A DNA stretch of 64,000 nt from Octopus sinensis (lineage: Eukaryota): positions 8,184,001 to 8,248,000 of the forward strand of contig NC_043007.1 in assembly GCF_006345805.1 (NCBI RefSeq), written 5' to 3'. Both the position numbers and the translations under genes were made by a program. Positions within the stretch are counted from its first letter, which is position 1; every line of letters begins with the position of its first letter. This document shows positions 25,942 to 38,626 of this stretch, one piece after another. The notes below the pieces were generated by a model. It saw only the letters and a program-made list of their open reading frames with translations. It did no database searches and was not told the DNA's origin.

Positions 25942-26150
25942 ACTTATCCATTCTTGTTGCTTCTTTCTCGCTTATAATCACCCCACATTACTGTATGGTT
26001 AAAACCGTATAGTTTTTTGGTGCATCTAAGTTAGGTACCATATTCAAGTAAATTCATTAAAATTGACTTGAATCTTTATTGCTTTTTATATATATATATT
26101 ATATATATATATATATATACGCGAGAAAGAAGCAACAAGAATGGATAAGT

Positions 26151-26241
26151 TTTTAGTACAATCGTTTCATACAAAGACAGGCTTTATTAAAAGTTGCAAA
26201 AATTGCAGCATATAAACGTGTCCCGTACTCATCAGCTAAAA
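26151..26241 (-). ncRNA. Type I hammerhead ribozyme motif (copy 3)
   Basis: Identical to copy 1, offset +1244. Confidence 0.72.
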
Positions 26242-27094
26242 TACATGTGAGTTCTCTAGACATCCTAGTGGTTGAGGCTATACTCATGAAGTAATGTAGA
26301 TAATTAAGTAACATAAACAGATTTCCAAAGTTCATTAAAGTTCTTTAAAGATGATGCACAGTCTTATCACAGATTTTTAAAAAAGTTTTAATAGCATCAC
26401 AGAGAATGTGACTTAATCCATAGTGTACATATGAATTTCCAGAGATATGAGGTGGGATTACATACTCACAGACGACAAATTTATCCATGGCTAATCACAA
26501 CGAGGTGGGTCTCAATTCCTGCTTATTAGCATTACAGAGAGGGTGAATTAATCCTTTGTATAGGTGCACAATTTCCAATGGTGTAGATGTAAATTTCCAG
26601 AGAAATGAAGAGGAATTTCATATTCACAGACGATAAATTTATCAATGGTTGAACACAATGAGGTAGGTATCAATTCTTGTTATATGATTAGGTATTTGCC
26701 ACATTAATCACATTACTGCTATTTTCAAGAGACTGTAGCTATTTTACATCTACACCATTGGAAATTGTGCACCTATACAAAGGATTAATTCACCCTCTCT
26801 GTAATGCTAATAAGCAGGAATTGATACCCACCTCGTTGTGATTAGCCATGGATAAATTTGTCCTCTGTGAGTATGTAATCCCTCCTCATATCTCTGGAAA
26901 TTCATATGTACACTATGGATTAAGTCACATTCTCTGTGATGCTATTAAAACTTTTTTAAAAATCTGTGATAAGACTGTGCATCATCTTTAAAGAACTTTA
27001 ATGAACTTTGGAAATCTGTTTATGTTACTTAATTATCTACATTACTTCATGAGTATAGCCTCAACCACTAGGATGTCTAGAGAACTCACATGTA

Positions 27095-27185
27095 TTTTAG
27101 CTGATGAGTACGGGACACGTTTATATGCTGCAATTTTTGCAACTTTTAATAAAGCCTGTCTTTGTATGAAACGATTGTACTAAAA
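27095..27185 (+). ncRNA. Type I hammerhead ribozyme motif (copy 4)
   Basis: Identical to copy 2, offset +1244. Predicted cleavage after 27179. Confidence 0.75.
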
Positions 27186-27326
27186 ACTTATCCATTCTTG
27201 TTGCTTCTTTCTCGCTTATAATCACCCCACATTACTGTATGGTTAAAACCGTATAGTTTTTTGGTGCATCTAAGTTAGGTACCATATTCAAGTAAATTCA
27301 TTAAAATTGACTTGAATCTTTATTGC

Positions 27327-27363
<37 letters not shown>

Positions 27364-28570
27364 GTGTATGTGTATGTATGTATGTGTATATCTTTGTGTG
27401 TGTGTGTGTCCCAACATTGCTTGACAACTGATGCTGGTGTGTTTACATCCCCATAACTTAGCGGTTTGGCAAAAGAAACTGATAGAATAATTACTAGGCT
27501 TACAAAGAATAAGTCCTGGGGTCGATTTTCTCAACTAAAGGCAGTGCTCCAGAATGGCCACAATCAAAATGACTGAAACAAGTAAAAGAATATCTATATA
27601 TATATATATAATTAGGCTTGGGGACCAAAAAGTGAAGTATTGTGTGAGGTAGCACCATGAACGAGGTGGGGCTGCACTTGATCTGCTGAAAACAGTTGAG
27701 ATCAGTATTAAGCACCAAATCTAGAAACTTGGGTCAAAAGCCAAGAAAGATGTTTTCTTTCACTGAAATGGTTTGACTCCAGGTATTTTGTATTTTGAAT
27801 TGTTGAGAATGTTTCCTTATGGATGAAGTATCAACCTGTTCTTAATGTATTGGGGGATAATGCAGCCTTATTGGGGGGCAGAGAAGATTTTATGATTAAG
27901 GGGTTAAGATGTATAATTCCATTATTAATTGAGAGGGAGATGGTATTCAGGTAAAGTAATAAGAGGTTAGATATCACTTCTTTATTGAGTAACGGACCAA
28001 TTACTGACATTGAAAAAATACTCACCAGGCTAGTTTTTGGGTGGTAGAAGGGCCCCTTAGAGAAGGTTATTTCTATGGGTTAAATTGAAGCTGAAAACTG
28101 CTGGGGTTGTTGTCAATGAAAATCCATAGTATGATGAGGCTGCCTAGGTTTCCTGTGTTTCAATAGGTACACAACTTGCTGGTATTTGTCACCTCTCCAG
28201 ATCTCAGTGGTTGACTGTGGGCTTCTTTGTAAGAGAGGCTACCATCCTTGATAGATTTTTTCTCATCTTGCTGATCCCCCCCCCCCCACATCCAGTAAAC
28301 TGGGTGAGGTTAGCAGTTTGGTTGCTGACCACCAGGCTATGAGACATGGGTGTTTGTTATCATATATTAATTAGGGTTACAGAGGTGATAGCACTTGATG
28401 TCAGGTGTACATTTGGTTTACTAGAATAGAAGTGGATCCTTACACACACACACACATACACTCAATGCAGTAAGTTTGTTTCATATAACAAAATTCATTC
28501 ACAATTATTCTCTTTCTCTATCTGTATCACTCATATATACATGCATACATATATGTACATATATATGTGT

Positions 28571-28611
<41 letters not shown>

Positions 28612-31600
28612 TACATTATATCATGCTTGGTAACTGATATAAAAGATATGAAATATGTTAGAGAAATAAATTCGTCTTAAAAGATGCACTGCAAGTTAGC
28701 TTATTGTCCCAGCTTCCCCTGGTTTTGCTGTTTTGGTCTTCTAGATCTGTATATCTTCACATGGTACAAAAATAAGAGGAATATTTTTAAAAGTTATTTT
28801 CTCTCTGACTTCCATCAAGGTGAATAACTTATCCTCAGGAGTTGTGAGATATTTCACTATAATTGTGATCTTAAAGTTACTGGGAAAAAGTATAAATTAT
28901 TTGAAGTTGAGAGAAAACAAAAGAAGTTAAAATTGGTGGTGGGGATGAATTAACCTCCATCAGTGGGAAGTGGGGATAATACAAATGGCCAAAAGGGAAG
29001 GTAGACTTAGGATTAAAATGCAAATGTAAAATTAAATTAGATGAATGAAGGAAATCTGGAAAAGAGAAGAGCAGGAATCCTGAAGTGAAATATCAGTTGT
29101 CTGTATGTATATGTAATTGTAGTCAGCTAAGGCAGCATTTCCCAGTTGTGTAATGAGTGCTTTTCAAAATGTCTCCATTTCCTGAATATCTCTGATCTGG
29201 CATTTATCTAGAGGTTTTCTTTTGAAAGGCATTTTAGAATTCTCCTCCTGTACACAGGTCACACCTTTTACTTCCACTTTGGAAGGATATAGATCTTTCT
29301 AGGATTTTTCCATTTATTATTCTAGTCTGAGTGTTTTCCAATAATTTCCAGATGCTCTCAGCTAATTTGATAGTGTTCTTTTTATCTCTCTTTAAGGATC
29401 CATCATTATAAGATTGTTGTTTAAATCATGCTAATGAAATAATATATTATTTCATTAATAATTAATTTCAGTAATATGTGCATCAATTTAAATATATCTG
29501 AAAATAATCTAAAAGATATATTTTCTTGTCTACCATAAAAATGTATTCTTCAAATGATAAACTTTGATCTTTCACAGATCAATGACATAAAAAGCATCAG
29601 AAGCTAAAAATATTTGTGGAAAATCATATCCCACGTCACAGAAATGCATTTACAAATCTGTCTAAAATCCCAAGAGAGAAACCAAACAAATATCCTAGTT
29701 TCCCCATCATCCACTCTAGAGTTACTGGCACCTCAGGCAGGCTGAACACTGGTACCCTTACAAATAAAATTTTCTTGATTTTTCACAAAGAGGAAAAACT
29801 GAAAATGTATGAATTTCAGTAGGTTATTCTGCTGAAACTAAGCAGCTCTTGGTTGTGAGTTCTGTCAAGTATTGAGACGATCAAATGGTTTTAACATCCA
29901 CAAGAAACAAGTGTAGAAATAAGTTGGAGTTATCCTGTTTGTGTGTGAGGCTGTCATAACTTGTTATCTTTACACCAGTGATGATGTATTCAAGTTGTGC
30001 CAACTGACTGGTGGAGACCTGAGTTGACCAAGAATCAGTTTGGTTAAATATCCATAGTTTCATTTGGTCATACTTGAAAATCCAGTCGGAAAGGGACCCT
30101 TAGGGAGTAGGTACCTTATCAGTTTAATTCTTTTCACCTCACGAATCACTATCGAAGATAAGGCTTCTTACTTTTCCGCAACCTCATAACCAAACCTACT
30201 AATTTGTGACCTTTGAAGCTGCTATCCCAAACCGTAAGCTTTCAACTCATTTACAAGAATCAAGGTGCTTAGAAAGTAATACCCATTCTTGCTAAAAATA
30301 GGGTGACTATCTTTATACTCCTCCTGGGCCACTACCTTCCCTCTCACACATTTCACCCCCTCTTTCCCCTGTGCAATCTATTGAATCTTTTGTTGCTATA
30401 TTTCAGTTGGGTTACATTGATTTTGAAAATAATTAAGAATTTAGTAAAATAACTTTGTTATTAAGCCAATGTTTGCAACATAAATTAGCATGAAATTTTC
30501 AGTTATTTATATATCTGGATAATAGAGATTATATTTTATTAGTAAGGTGGACTTCATTGTAAATTTAAAGATTAGTATGTGTAATTGAATGTGGTTTTGT
30601 AAGGTGTACATATTGCCCGTCACTTTTGTTGTTTAAATAAGTCGTAACATAGTAGAAGTAATGGAAATTGTTTCTTGGAAAATGTTTGAATAATATACGT
30701 ATACAAGTTTTAATTTAGATCATTTTAAAACAATGATTGTACCCATAAACCCAGAGGAAGTCTCCATTGGATTGGTGTTGAAAGGGCTTTAAATGAATTT
30801 GACCTTATGTAAAGAATTTTGACATTTTGATTTCATTTTATTCATCATTTTCATTCCCTACCACTCCCGACTGTATTTGGAAGATGCCAAACATAATTAG
30901 TATATCTACTTTGCTCTTGGCAAGTTGGGCCACTACACAAGTTGATGGCATTGTCAGCCAGTTCTGCTCCAGACTTTTAAAACAGTTCCCTTCCTGATAT
31001 TCACAAGTTTGTTTTCATGAAATGTTTCAGTTTTACCCAGTTTTGTAACAAAGTGTCTTGGAGTCTACACAAGACATTAATTCCCTCCTCCTCCCCTTCA
31101 TCACCTTGTAAATTGGTAATACTTCTTATTTGCCAATGCAGACCCTCACTTGTTTCTGCATATTAAAGCTGTTGAGCAGGCATGAATATTGTATCATCTC
31201 ATGAAGTTTTTTTTTATTTAAATTTGAAGCTTTGCATCAGTTTCTCCTGTAGATAGTGTCATTTGTTAATTTACAAATCTGAAAAACTAACAATCTACAA
31301 ATCCTGGGTCCGTTTGATAAAAGCTAACAAAAAAAAAACAACAAACCTGGAAGAATTTCATTCAGATCAGTATATGCAATAAAAATGTTATAATTTGTCT
31401 GTTTTTTCTCACAACACAACTATTTTTTGAAATGTCTTTAGTGAGATCTTTCAAAGACAGCTTATACTCACCATTGTGAAGTAAACTCTAATCAGTGAAC
31501 CGTTTTTCATTCATTCACATCATGACTTCTTTTGTGAAATGTGTTCACAACTTTCATCTCAAAACTCTCAGTTTTATAGGGTTACGTATACATTTGTTGA

Positions 31601-31725
31601 GGAAAAAAAAATGAGACCGAATGAACTACACATTTGATTTTGAATATCAATTGACATGATTAGTGTATAATTATACATCTTAATTGTTTTGGAAAATGTA
31701 ATATTTAAGGAAGTGACCTCTAGAT

Positions 31726-32038
31726 CAGAAATTTCCTAACCTTGTGTCATTGTCTCCCATTTTTGCAAATCCTTAGACCACCACAGCCCTATTGTTTTGT
31801 TTTTTCGGGGATTTTTTTCTTTTGATATTCCAATGGGCTCACTTAACATTGATGCTTTTTCTAAGAGAAACATTCTTCAGTTTTTTACAGTAAATGTTGT
31901 GTTGTGGCCCTAATGCTTATGATTTATTTAAGGACATTTTGCATTTTTTTAAAATAAAATATTTATTTCAAAAACAAAAGATTTTGTCATTATAACCTGT
32001 TCAGAAATTATATGGTGACCCAAGGTCAGGAACTGCTG
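31726..32038. mobile_element. hAT/Charlie-like MITE
   Basis: Termini CAGAAATTTCCTAACC and GGTCAGGAACTGCTG. 8-bp TSD CTCTAGAT (31718-25) vs GTCTAGAT (32039-46). Confidence 0.7.
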
Positions 32039-32835
32039 GTCTAGATAAACTCTCAAGGTTTAACATGGAAACTATTTTTGTTTCTCTTTATTGAAAGATT
32101 TTTTTTTTCTTAAAAAAAACTACTTTTGGTAAAATCTTTACATTTGTTGATTTTTATCAAAATGAAGCCTACTATTTTTCTCTTTAAATACTTGTTTTCT
32201 CTAAAATTCTACAGGACCCTTTCTCACATTCTAGACAACATATCAATGCTCAACTGATTTTATTTAGAATGCATACAACTTGTTTAGCCTTTTGTTACTA
32301 GGTTTCTGCAGAAATCCATTAACTTCGAAAATAATGAAGAATTTTTAAAAATAATTTGGTATTTAGAACATAAATGGAAATAACATTTTTACGGAAGGTT
32401 TTAGTTTAAATATTTCTATAACAAAAAGTTTGTACCATAGAACAAAAGTGGTCGGAGGCAGGTTGATATCAAATGGCTTAATTTTATTTTAGGAATCCAT
32501 CTTCATATTCATTGACTCTCACATCACTAGAACTGGATATCCAGAGCAAGGAGGAATCTTCTCTAGCCTTAGTTGATCGGTTAGAAATCATGAATATTTT
32601 TGAAAAATGTGTTCACAGTTTTCATCTGAAATCTCTGTTTTATAGGATAACTTCTACATTTGTTGAGAAAAAACAAAATCGAGAAACTTATTGAACAACA
32701 CATTTATGATTTTGAATATTGACACAGTTAGTGTATAATTATGCTATCTTAATTGTTTGGAAATTTAATACTTAAGGAGGTGACCCCCTTCAATTCTTCA
32801 AGTTGAGTATATTTAACCCTTGATCTACTGTCTGT

Positions 32836-33205
32836 AGTGGAGGTGCAATGATCCAGTGGTTAGGCAGTGGATTTGCAATCATAGGATTGCAGTTTCGATT
32901 CCCAGAGTGTTATTGAGCGAAAACACCTAAAGCTCCATAAGGCTCCGGTAAGGAGTGGTGGTAAACCCTGCTCTACTCTTTCACCACAACTTTCTCTCTT
33001 TCTTCCTGTTTCTGTTGTCACTATAACTGTTTTTCAAAGGGCCAGCCTTGACATACTCTGTCATGCTGAATCTCCCCAAGAACTACATTAAGAGTACACA
33101 TGTCTGTGGAGCGCTCAGCCACTTACATATTAATTTCACAAGCAGGCTGTTCCGTTGATCGGATCAACTGGAACCCTCATCATCGTAACCAACAAAGCGC
33201 CAAAA
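32836..33205 (+). mobile_element. tRNA-derived SINE of a second family
   Basis: Pol III-like boxes (CAGTGGTTAGG, GTTTCGATTCCC) and a LINE-like 3' tail. Boundaries approximate. Confidence 0.55.
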
Positions 33206-33411
33206 CTGTTTCTATCTGTCTACATATATAAAAATATATATATATATATGTGTGTGTATGTATATGTCTGAATTTTCACTTAATTATCAGAAGTTGCAAA
33301 GTGAGTCAAAGGCTGAGAGTCAGTTTGTATTACTTTTGGTGATTAGAAATGAAAAATAACATATTACTCATGTTTTGAGTTCTATGTCTCTTGTTTGTTC
33401 AAGCAAACATC

Positions 33412-33457
<46 letters not shown>

Positions 33458-34984
33458 CACATATGTACATATGCATGCACATGGTGTGTGTGTGTGTGTG
33501 TATATATACATATATATATGTACACAGATATGTGCATACATACATATATATATCTATGTATATACACACATACATGTTTGTGTGCCTGGATATGTGTGTG
33601 TGTGTGTGTTTATATGTATGAACTGGATACGTTTGATCATAAGTCTGCTCAGTCAAGGCTGACTTGGGGTTAAACAAGACATTGAGAAACCATCTTTATC
33701 GCATTATAATTGTGTGTGTTTTGTGTATCGTTCCCCAGAAAGTGAGATTTTTCTGTTGGCTACAATTATTTGAAAGTTAGTCTTGCATAAAATGTTGGTT
33801 GTGTATACCACAGTGGAGGAAAGTAAAAAAAAGAAAGAAAGAAAAGAAAACATTTAAATATCAAAATACAATAATTATATTTTTTTACTCAATCTATACT
33901 TTTTACTAATTGAGCTGGAAAGCGCACTGAATTTGTTGGTTTGTTTTAGTACTTGAGGAAATATGTAAACAAAGAATTGATGTATATATTTTGTCTTGTG
34001 TCCTATTGTCACTCATAGAATTATGTATTCTTATATTAAAAGTTACCTAAAAAGTTTTCTTGATCCTTTACATTTTTGTGTTAAATGATCGTTTTTTTTT
34101 TCCCTTTTCATTTGTATTAGATGTGACCCATAATAATCTTTACATGCATTTATGTTTCTTAAAACAAAAAAAGATGTCAAATTATAATTGTTGTAAAGAA
34201 AAAAAAAGAAAAGAAAAATCAAACAAAAAGAAAACAACCCCTATCTGATGATCATATAATTATCAATTAAATTGCTTTAACAATAATTAATGTATTTGAA
34301 ATTTTTGCAGTTCTGAAACTGTTTTCTAATTGAAATTCAGACATTTTTCTTTTCAATACATTTTGTCTTCCAAAGTAAAAATTTTCTTCATTGATATTTC
34401 AACCGTTTCTATTTCAAATATTTGTCACACTGTGAGGCCCAGTTTGCTCTTAATTTTTTTTTTATTCCACCGACTGCCTGTTTTTGTTTTTTTTTCTTGT
34501 TAATCTCTGTCTCTCTCTCACATTATCTTTGGGAAATATTGTTCCCTACCCTGATGTTTTTATATAATGCCCACAACCATCAACACAACAGTTCCATTCT
34601 TGTCACTGAAGCAAAGAAACTTGTCTACACATTGTCTCTCGTTTGCATAATCTTTAATCTATACAACAGATTAAAGATCATTTTGTCTCAATCAGGTGCA
34701 ACATCATGTGATCATTTCTTTCAAAGTATTTTCTTAGAATATTTACCATCATTAAGTGCCTGGGAGAGATACTTAATGAAACTTAGTGAAAAGACAAAAA
34801 AGGTGGGAGTGGGGGAGGGGTTAAGAAGTTAATTAACAAGGGGGTTCTTTTGTTGGAGAACATATTGAAGAGAGTATTTCCCCATTGAATATGAATATAA
34901 TCATCTCTCAATTAGTTGGCTTCATTAGAAAATGCAGTATTAATTAGTAAAGTGGAGATGGCAATATATACACACACATACATA

Positions 34985-35720
34985 CATCATCATCATCATC
35001 ATCATCATCGTTTAGCGTCCGTTTTCCATGCTAGCATGGGTTGGACGGTTCTACTGGGGTCTGTGAAGCCAGAAGGCTTCATCAGGCCCAGTCAAATCTG
35101 GCAGTGTTTCTACGGCTGGATGCCCTTCCTAACACCAACCACTCCGTGAGTGTAGTGGCTGCTTTTACGTGCCACCCGCACTGGTGCCAGACAGAGCTGG
35201 CAAACGGCCACGAACGGATGGTGCTTTTTATGTGCCACCGGCACGAGGGCCAGGCGAGGCTGGCAACGGACACGAAACGGGGCGGTGCTGGCAACGGTCG
35301 CGAAACGGAAAGTTCTCTTACATGCCACCGGCACTGGTAACACATCTGCAATTTCCATTGATCGATTTCGATTCTGATCGTCACTTGCCTCAACGGGTCT
35401 TCACAAGCAGAGTTTTGACATGCACCGGCACTGGTAGCACATCCGCAATTTCCATTGATCGATTTCGATTCTGATCCTCACTTGCCTCATCACGTCTTCA
35501 CAAGTAGAGTTTTGTGTCCCAAGAAGGGAAGGTATGCATACGTAGGCTGACTCCATCCCATGTAGAAGGCCACGGGTTATGGACTCACTTGTCCTGCCGG
35601 GTCTTCTCGCGCACAGCACACTTCCAGAGGTCTCGGTCTCTAGTCATTTCCTCAGTGAGACCTAAAGTTCGAAGGTCGTGCTTCACCACCTCGTCCCAGG
35701 TTTTCCTGGGTCTGCCTCTT

Positions 35721-35721
<1 letters not shown>
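34985..35721 (-). mobile_element. RTE LINE 3' fragment
   Basis: Matches the C-terminus and 3' UTR of the other RTE copies. Has ~3 VNTR units, a ~94-bp internal tandem duplication (~35323-35513) and a (GAT)n tail. Confidence 0.85.
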
Positions 35722-35770
<49 letters not shown>

Positions 35771-37582
35771 AAAACAAAGAGTTTTAGCCCAAAATAATTT
35801 GAAACTAGAGACTAGAGTAGAATGCTGACTCAGTGAGATCTCCAGCATACTTTAAAATAATAAAAGAACTTCAATCCCTCCCTGCCCACCTCCTCTCAGT
35901 AAATGATACGCAAGTTAGACTTGAATTTTGAAATACAAGTCTTAAGAGTTAAAGTTCTGGTTAGGGATTGCTTGGAATTAAACTTCATTGCTGATAGATA
36001 TTTTTCTTCCTTTTCCTTTTTAATACTGCTTTTGCAACCATATTTCTGTTGAAATGCATTAATTTTGTTTCATTCGATTTAGAAAAAACTGAAAAAGTTT
36101 TGAAAATAACTTTGTTATTATTAAGCTTTGGAACATAAATTATTATGAAATTTAAATGCAAAGTTTAAATTTAGATCAGTTTAAGAGAGGAAGTCTGTGT
36201 TGCAGAACCACGAACAGCCTAGATTGGTATCAAAAGGGTTAATGATATAATGCCTAGATTATCAATATTCAAGAAAACAAATCTAATGGACAGGGGTAAG
36301 TTTGATGTAAATTATGAAATTTTCTTACATTGTGTGTGTGTGTGTTGACCATCACAAAGAAATGTTCAATACCATACTAGAGAGTGTTGTTGAAACACTG
36401 CCTTTGAAAATAAAGAAAAATTTAGTTAACTAATTTTGTCACCATTAAGCTGGTATTTGAAATGTCACATGAGATTTTGATGTAATTTAGATCATTTTGA
36501 AACAGAGTTTGTGTCTTAGGACCAGGGAGGGTTCCAGATGGGTTATTATCTAAAGGATGGAAGTTTTGGCTTTGGGTATGTACTTTAAACATTTTAAACC
36601 AACAAGAGAACCTCTGCAGTTTCTTGATATGTTAAAAACAGCAGCTAAATCATATTTTACCTAGCATAGGACACTTTGAGTAATATGGTATACTGTGTTA
36701 AGAAAAAGACAAAATGGTAACACACACAGTGACCCTTTGTAGTTTCAGTGGGGCCAGATAGTTAAAAGGATGTTCCCTTTTCACTTGCAAGGTCTGTGAC
36801 TTAATCCCACTATTTTGCATTTTGGGGGGTCTTACTATACCTCTGTGTAAAGTCATACCTTCCAAGTAAAATTTGGTTGTAGATAGAGACTGTGTGGAAG
36901 CCTTCTGAATGGATTACCCTTGTAATTCAAAGGGGCACTGAATTCACCTGAAAGTTATATTTAGGGTATACAAGTCTATGGAATGCTCAGCCACTCACTG
37001 TGTTTAGAATGGAAAAAAAGGACTGAACGACATAAAAAATACCTCGTGCTTAACTCTTGGATAATTAATTCATTTAATTAAACAGCTGAAAAAAACTTGT
37101 GGTAGGAAATTCTGACTGCTATCCATTCATGAGAGTAATCTAGAATAGTTGTTTCACTTGATCCCAGGGGTTGCAAATAAGATTTTCGAGGGTCCATGGA
37201 AACCCTTTGCTTTCCATATCTCGTCTTCATTTAACTTTTGTTTTCCATGCTGGCAAGAAACATCTAGATTTTTCTCAGATGGTTTTACATGGCTCAGCAC
37301 ATTTCCAGTCACTGAAACATGTTCTCTCACTTGTCGCAAACATACACAAGGGAATGGGTGAAAAACAAAATAGGAATTTTGAAAGAAGTATCGATAAAAC
37401 TAGTTTCTAAACATGGAACAGCTTTGGAGGCCCACCACAATAAAACAGGAAACAAAAGGCCCCATAGATAAAATAGCTAAGATCCAATAATCTGGGTCCT
37501 AATAATATATCCAAACATTAATCTTGCTAATCTCATCCAGTTTTTTTTTCTTCCTTCTTGATTAGCACCAAATTGAAGTTAA

Positions 37583-37802
37583 CCCTTTTCTTACCATATT
37601 TCTATTGTAATATACTGCCTTTATTTTAATTAATTTTGATAGTAATGAAGAATTTGGTAAAATTTTGCCATTATTAATCTGGTGCTTAGAAAATGGATTA
37701 GAATGAAGTTTTGATGGGTGGTTTTGATTCTGTTCACTTTAGAATAGGAAGTGTGCATCATAGAAAGGGGTGGTGGTTACAGTTGGATTGTAGTCAAAAG
37801 GG
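37583..37802. mobile_element. piggyBac-type MITE
   Basis: TTAA|CCCTTTT ... AAAAGGG|TTAA. Related degenerate copies lie near 30400-30790 and 36000-36550. Confidence 0.65.
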
Positions 37803-38576
37803 TTAAACAACAACTCTTAAACATTTTGTGTTTTCTAAAATCTTCATTTTTAAAAGATTCAAGTTTTGTATCCAGTTTAACCCAGGATATTATCAAATAC
37901 TAATTACATTAGCTTTTTAAATAATTTTGCTTATATTCCCACCACCCCTCCCCTCATTTATCTTTGTATTCTAGTGACATTTTTGAAATTCTTTAATCTT
38001 TCAAATTATTTGATTTTAATCTCCAGTTTGCCAAAATAAGTACTAAATGCTACCAAACTATCCTTTTTCACTCTAACACTTCAGAAATTAAGGATTTTGA
38101 CTTTTTTTTAACAAAATGGCAATTTAAAAATTTCATTTTTTAATTATTTTTCAACTTATAATTTTCAATAATTTACATTAAATTTTTTAGTTTAGTTTAT
38201 TTTAATTAATATCATTTTAAAATATATTGCAAGACTATCATGAGTTGTAAAATGAATGCATTAGTTGTTGAATTGCAAACACTAAAACTAAACACAATTT
38301 TATGAAATTTCCAGAAATCTATTCTGAATCTTTTTGAAGTGTCATTTGAAATTTTTGCAAAATATATTCATTGCATATTTTAATACAATTTTTCTCCTTT
38401 ATATAATATATATATATCTTTATATATATATATTTTTTGTACATATGAAATGACTTTTTGCAACAAAAATAAATTTGCTTTTGGCTTTCTATAAATTAAA
38501 AAACCAAAAAATCCAGAAAAATCTATTAATTTCTTAAAGCCACAGTTTTGCTTCACAGTTGAGTTGGATTCCGTTC

Positions 38577-38626
<50 letters not shown>

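Larger units (their letters stand above)
24877..27331. mobile_element. Tandem dimer (period 1244 bp) of a foldback unit carrying hammerhead ribozymes; Penelope-like or retrozyme-like
   Basis: Arms 24877-25349 and 25499-25971 (473 bp), spacer 149 bp, tail 25972-26087, then (TA)n. Repeated at 26121-27331. The structure is directly visible; the element class is inferred. Confidence 0.85.
24681..27595 (+). mobile_element. tRNA-derived SINE split by a 2.45-kb insertion in its internal microsatellite
   Basis: Head at 24681-24845 and tail at ~27390-27595 (..GCAGTGCTCCAGAATGGCCAC..AAGTAAAAGAATA). The uninterrupted arrangement is seen at 44410-44795 (-). Confidence 0.8.

Noticed and set aside
24909-27183. 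Four identical 60-aa ORFs (MNFGNLF...) as a multicopy gene or toxin
   Set aside because: The identity comes from the inverted and tandem repeat. There is no recognisable motif, and the frame simply runs through the hammerhead core.
24877-27331. Integrated viroid-, obelisk- or deltavirus-like genome
   Set aside because: The duplex is a near-perfect recent inverted duplication, not an imperfect rod, and there is no Oblin- or HDAg-like ORF. A Penelope/retrozyme origin is simpler.
29881-30075. Possible - strand exon (ttttcaAG|YDQMKLWIFNQ...)
   Set aside because: No good donor, no recognisable homology and no partner exons.
31535-32790. Diverged ~180-bp direct repeat (~31540-31720 and ~32605-32785) as LTR pair
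   Set aside because: No TG..CA ends, PBS/PPT or internal coding remnant; more likely two old copies of a dispersed repeat.
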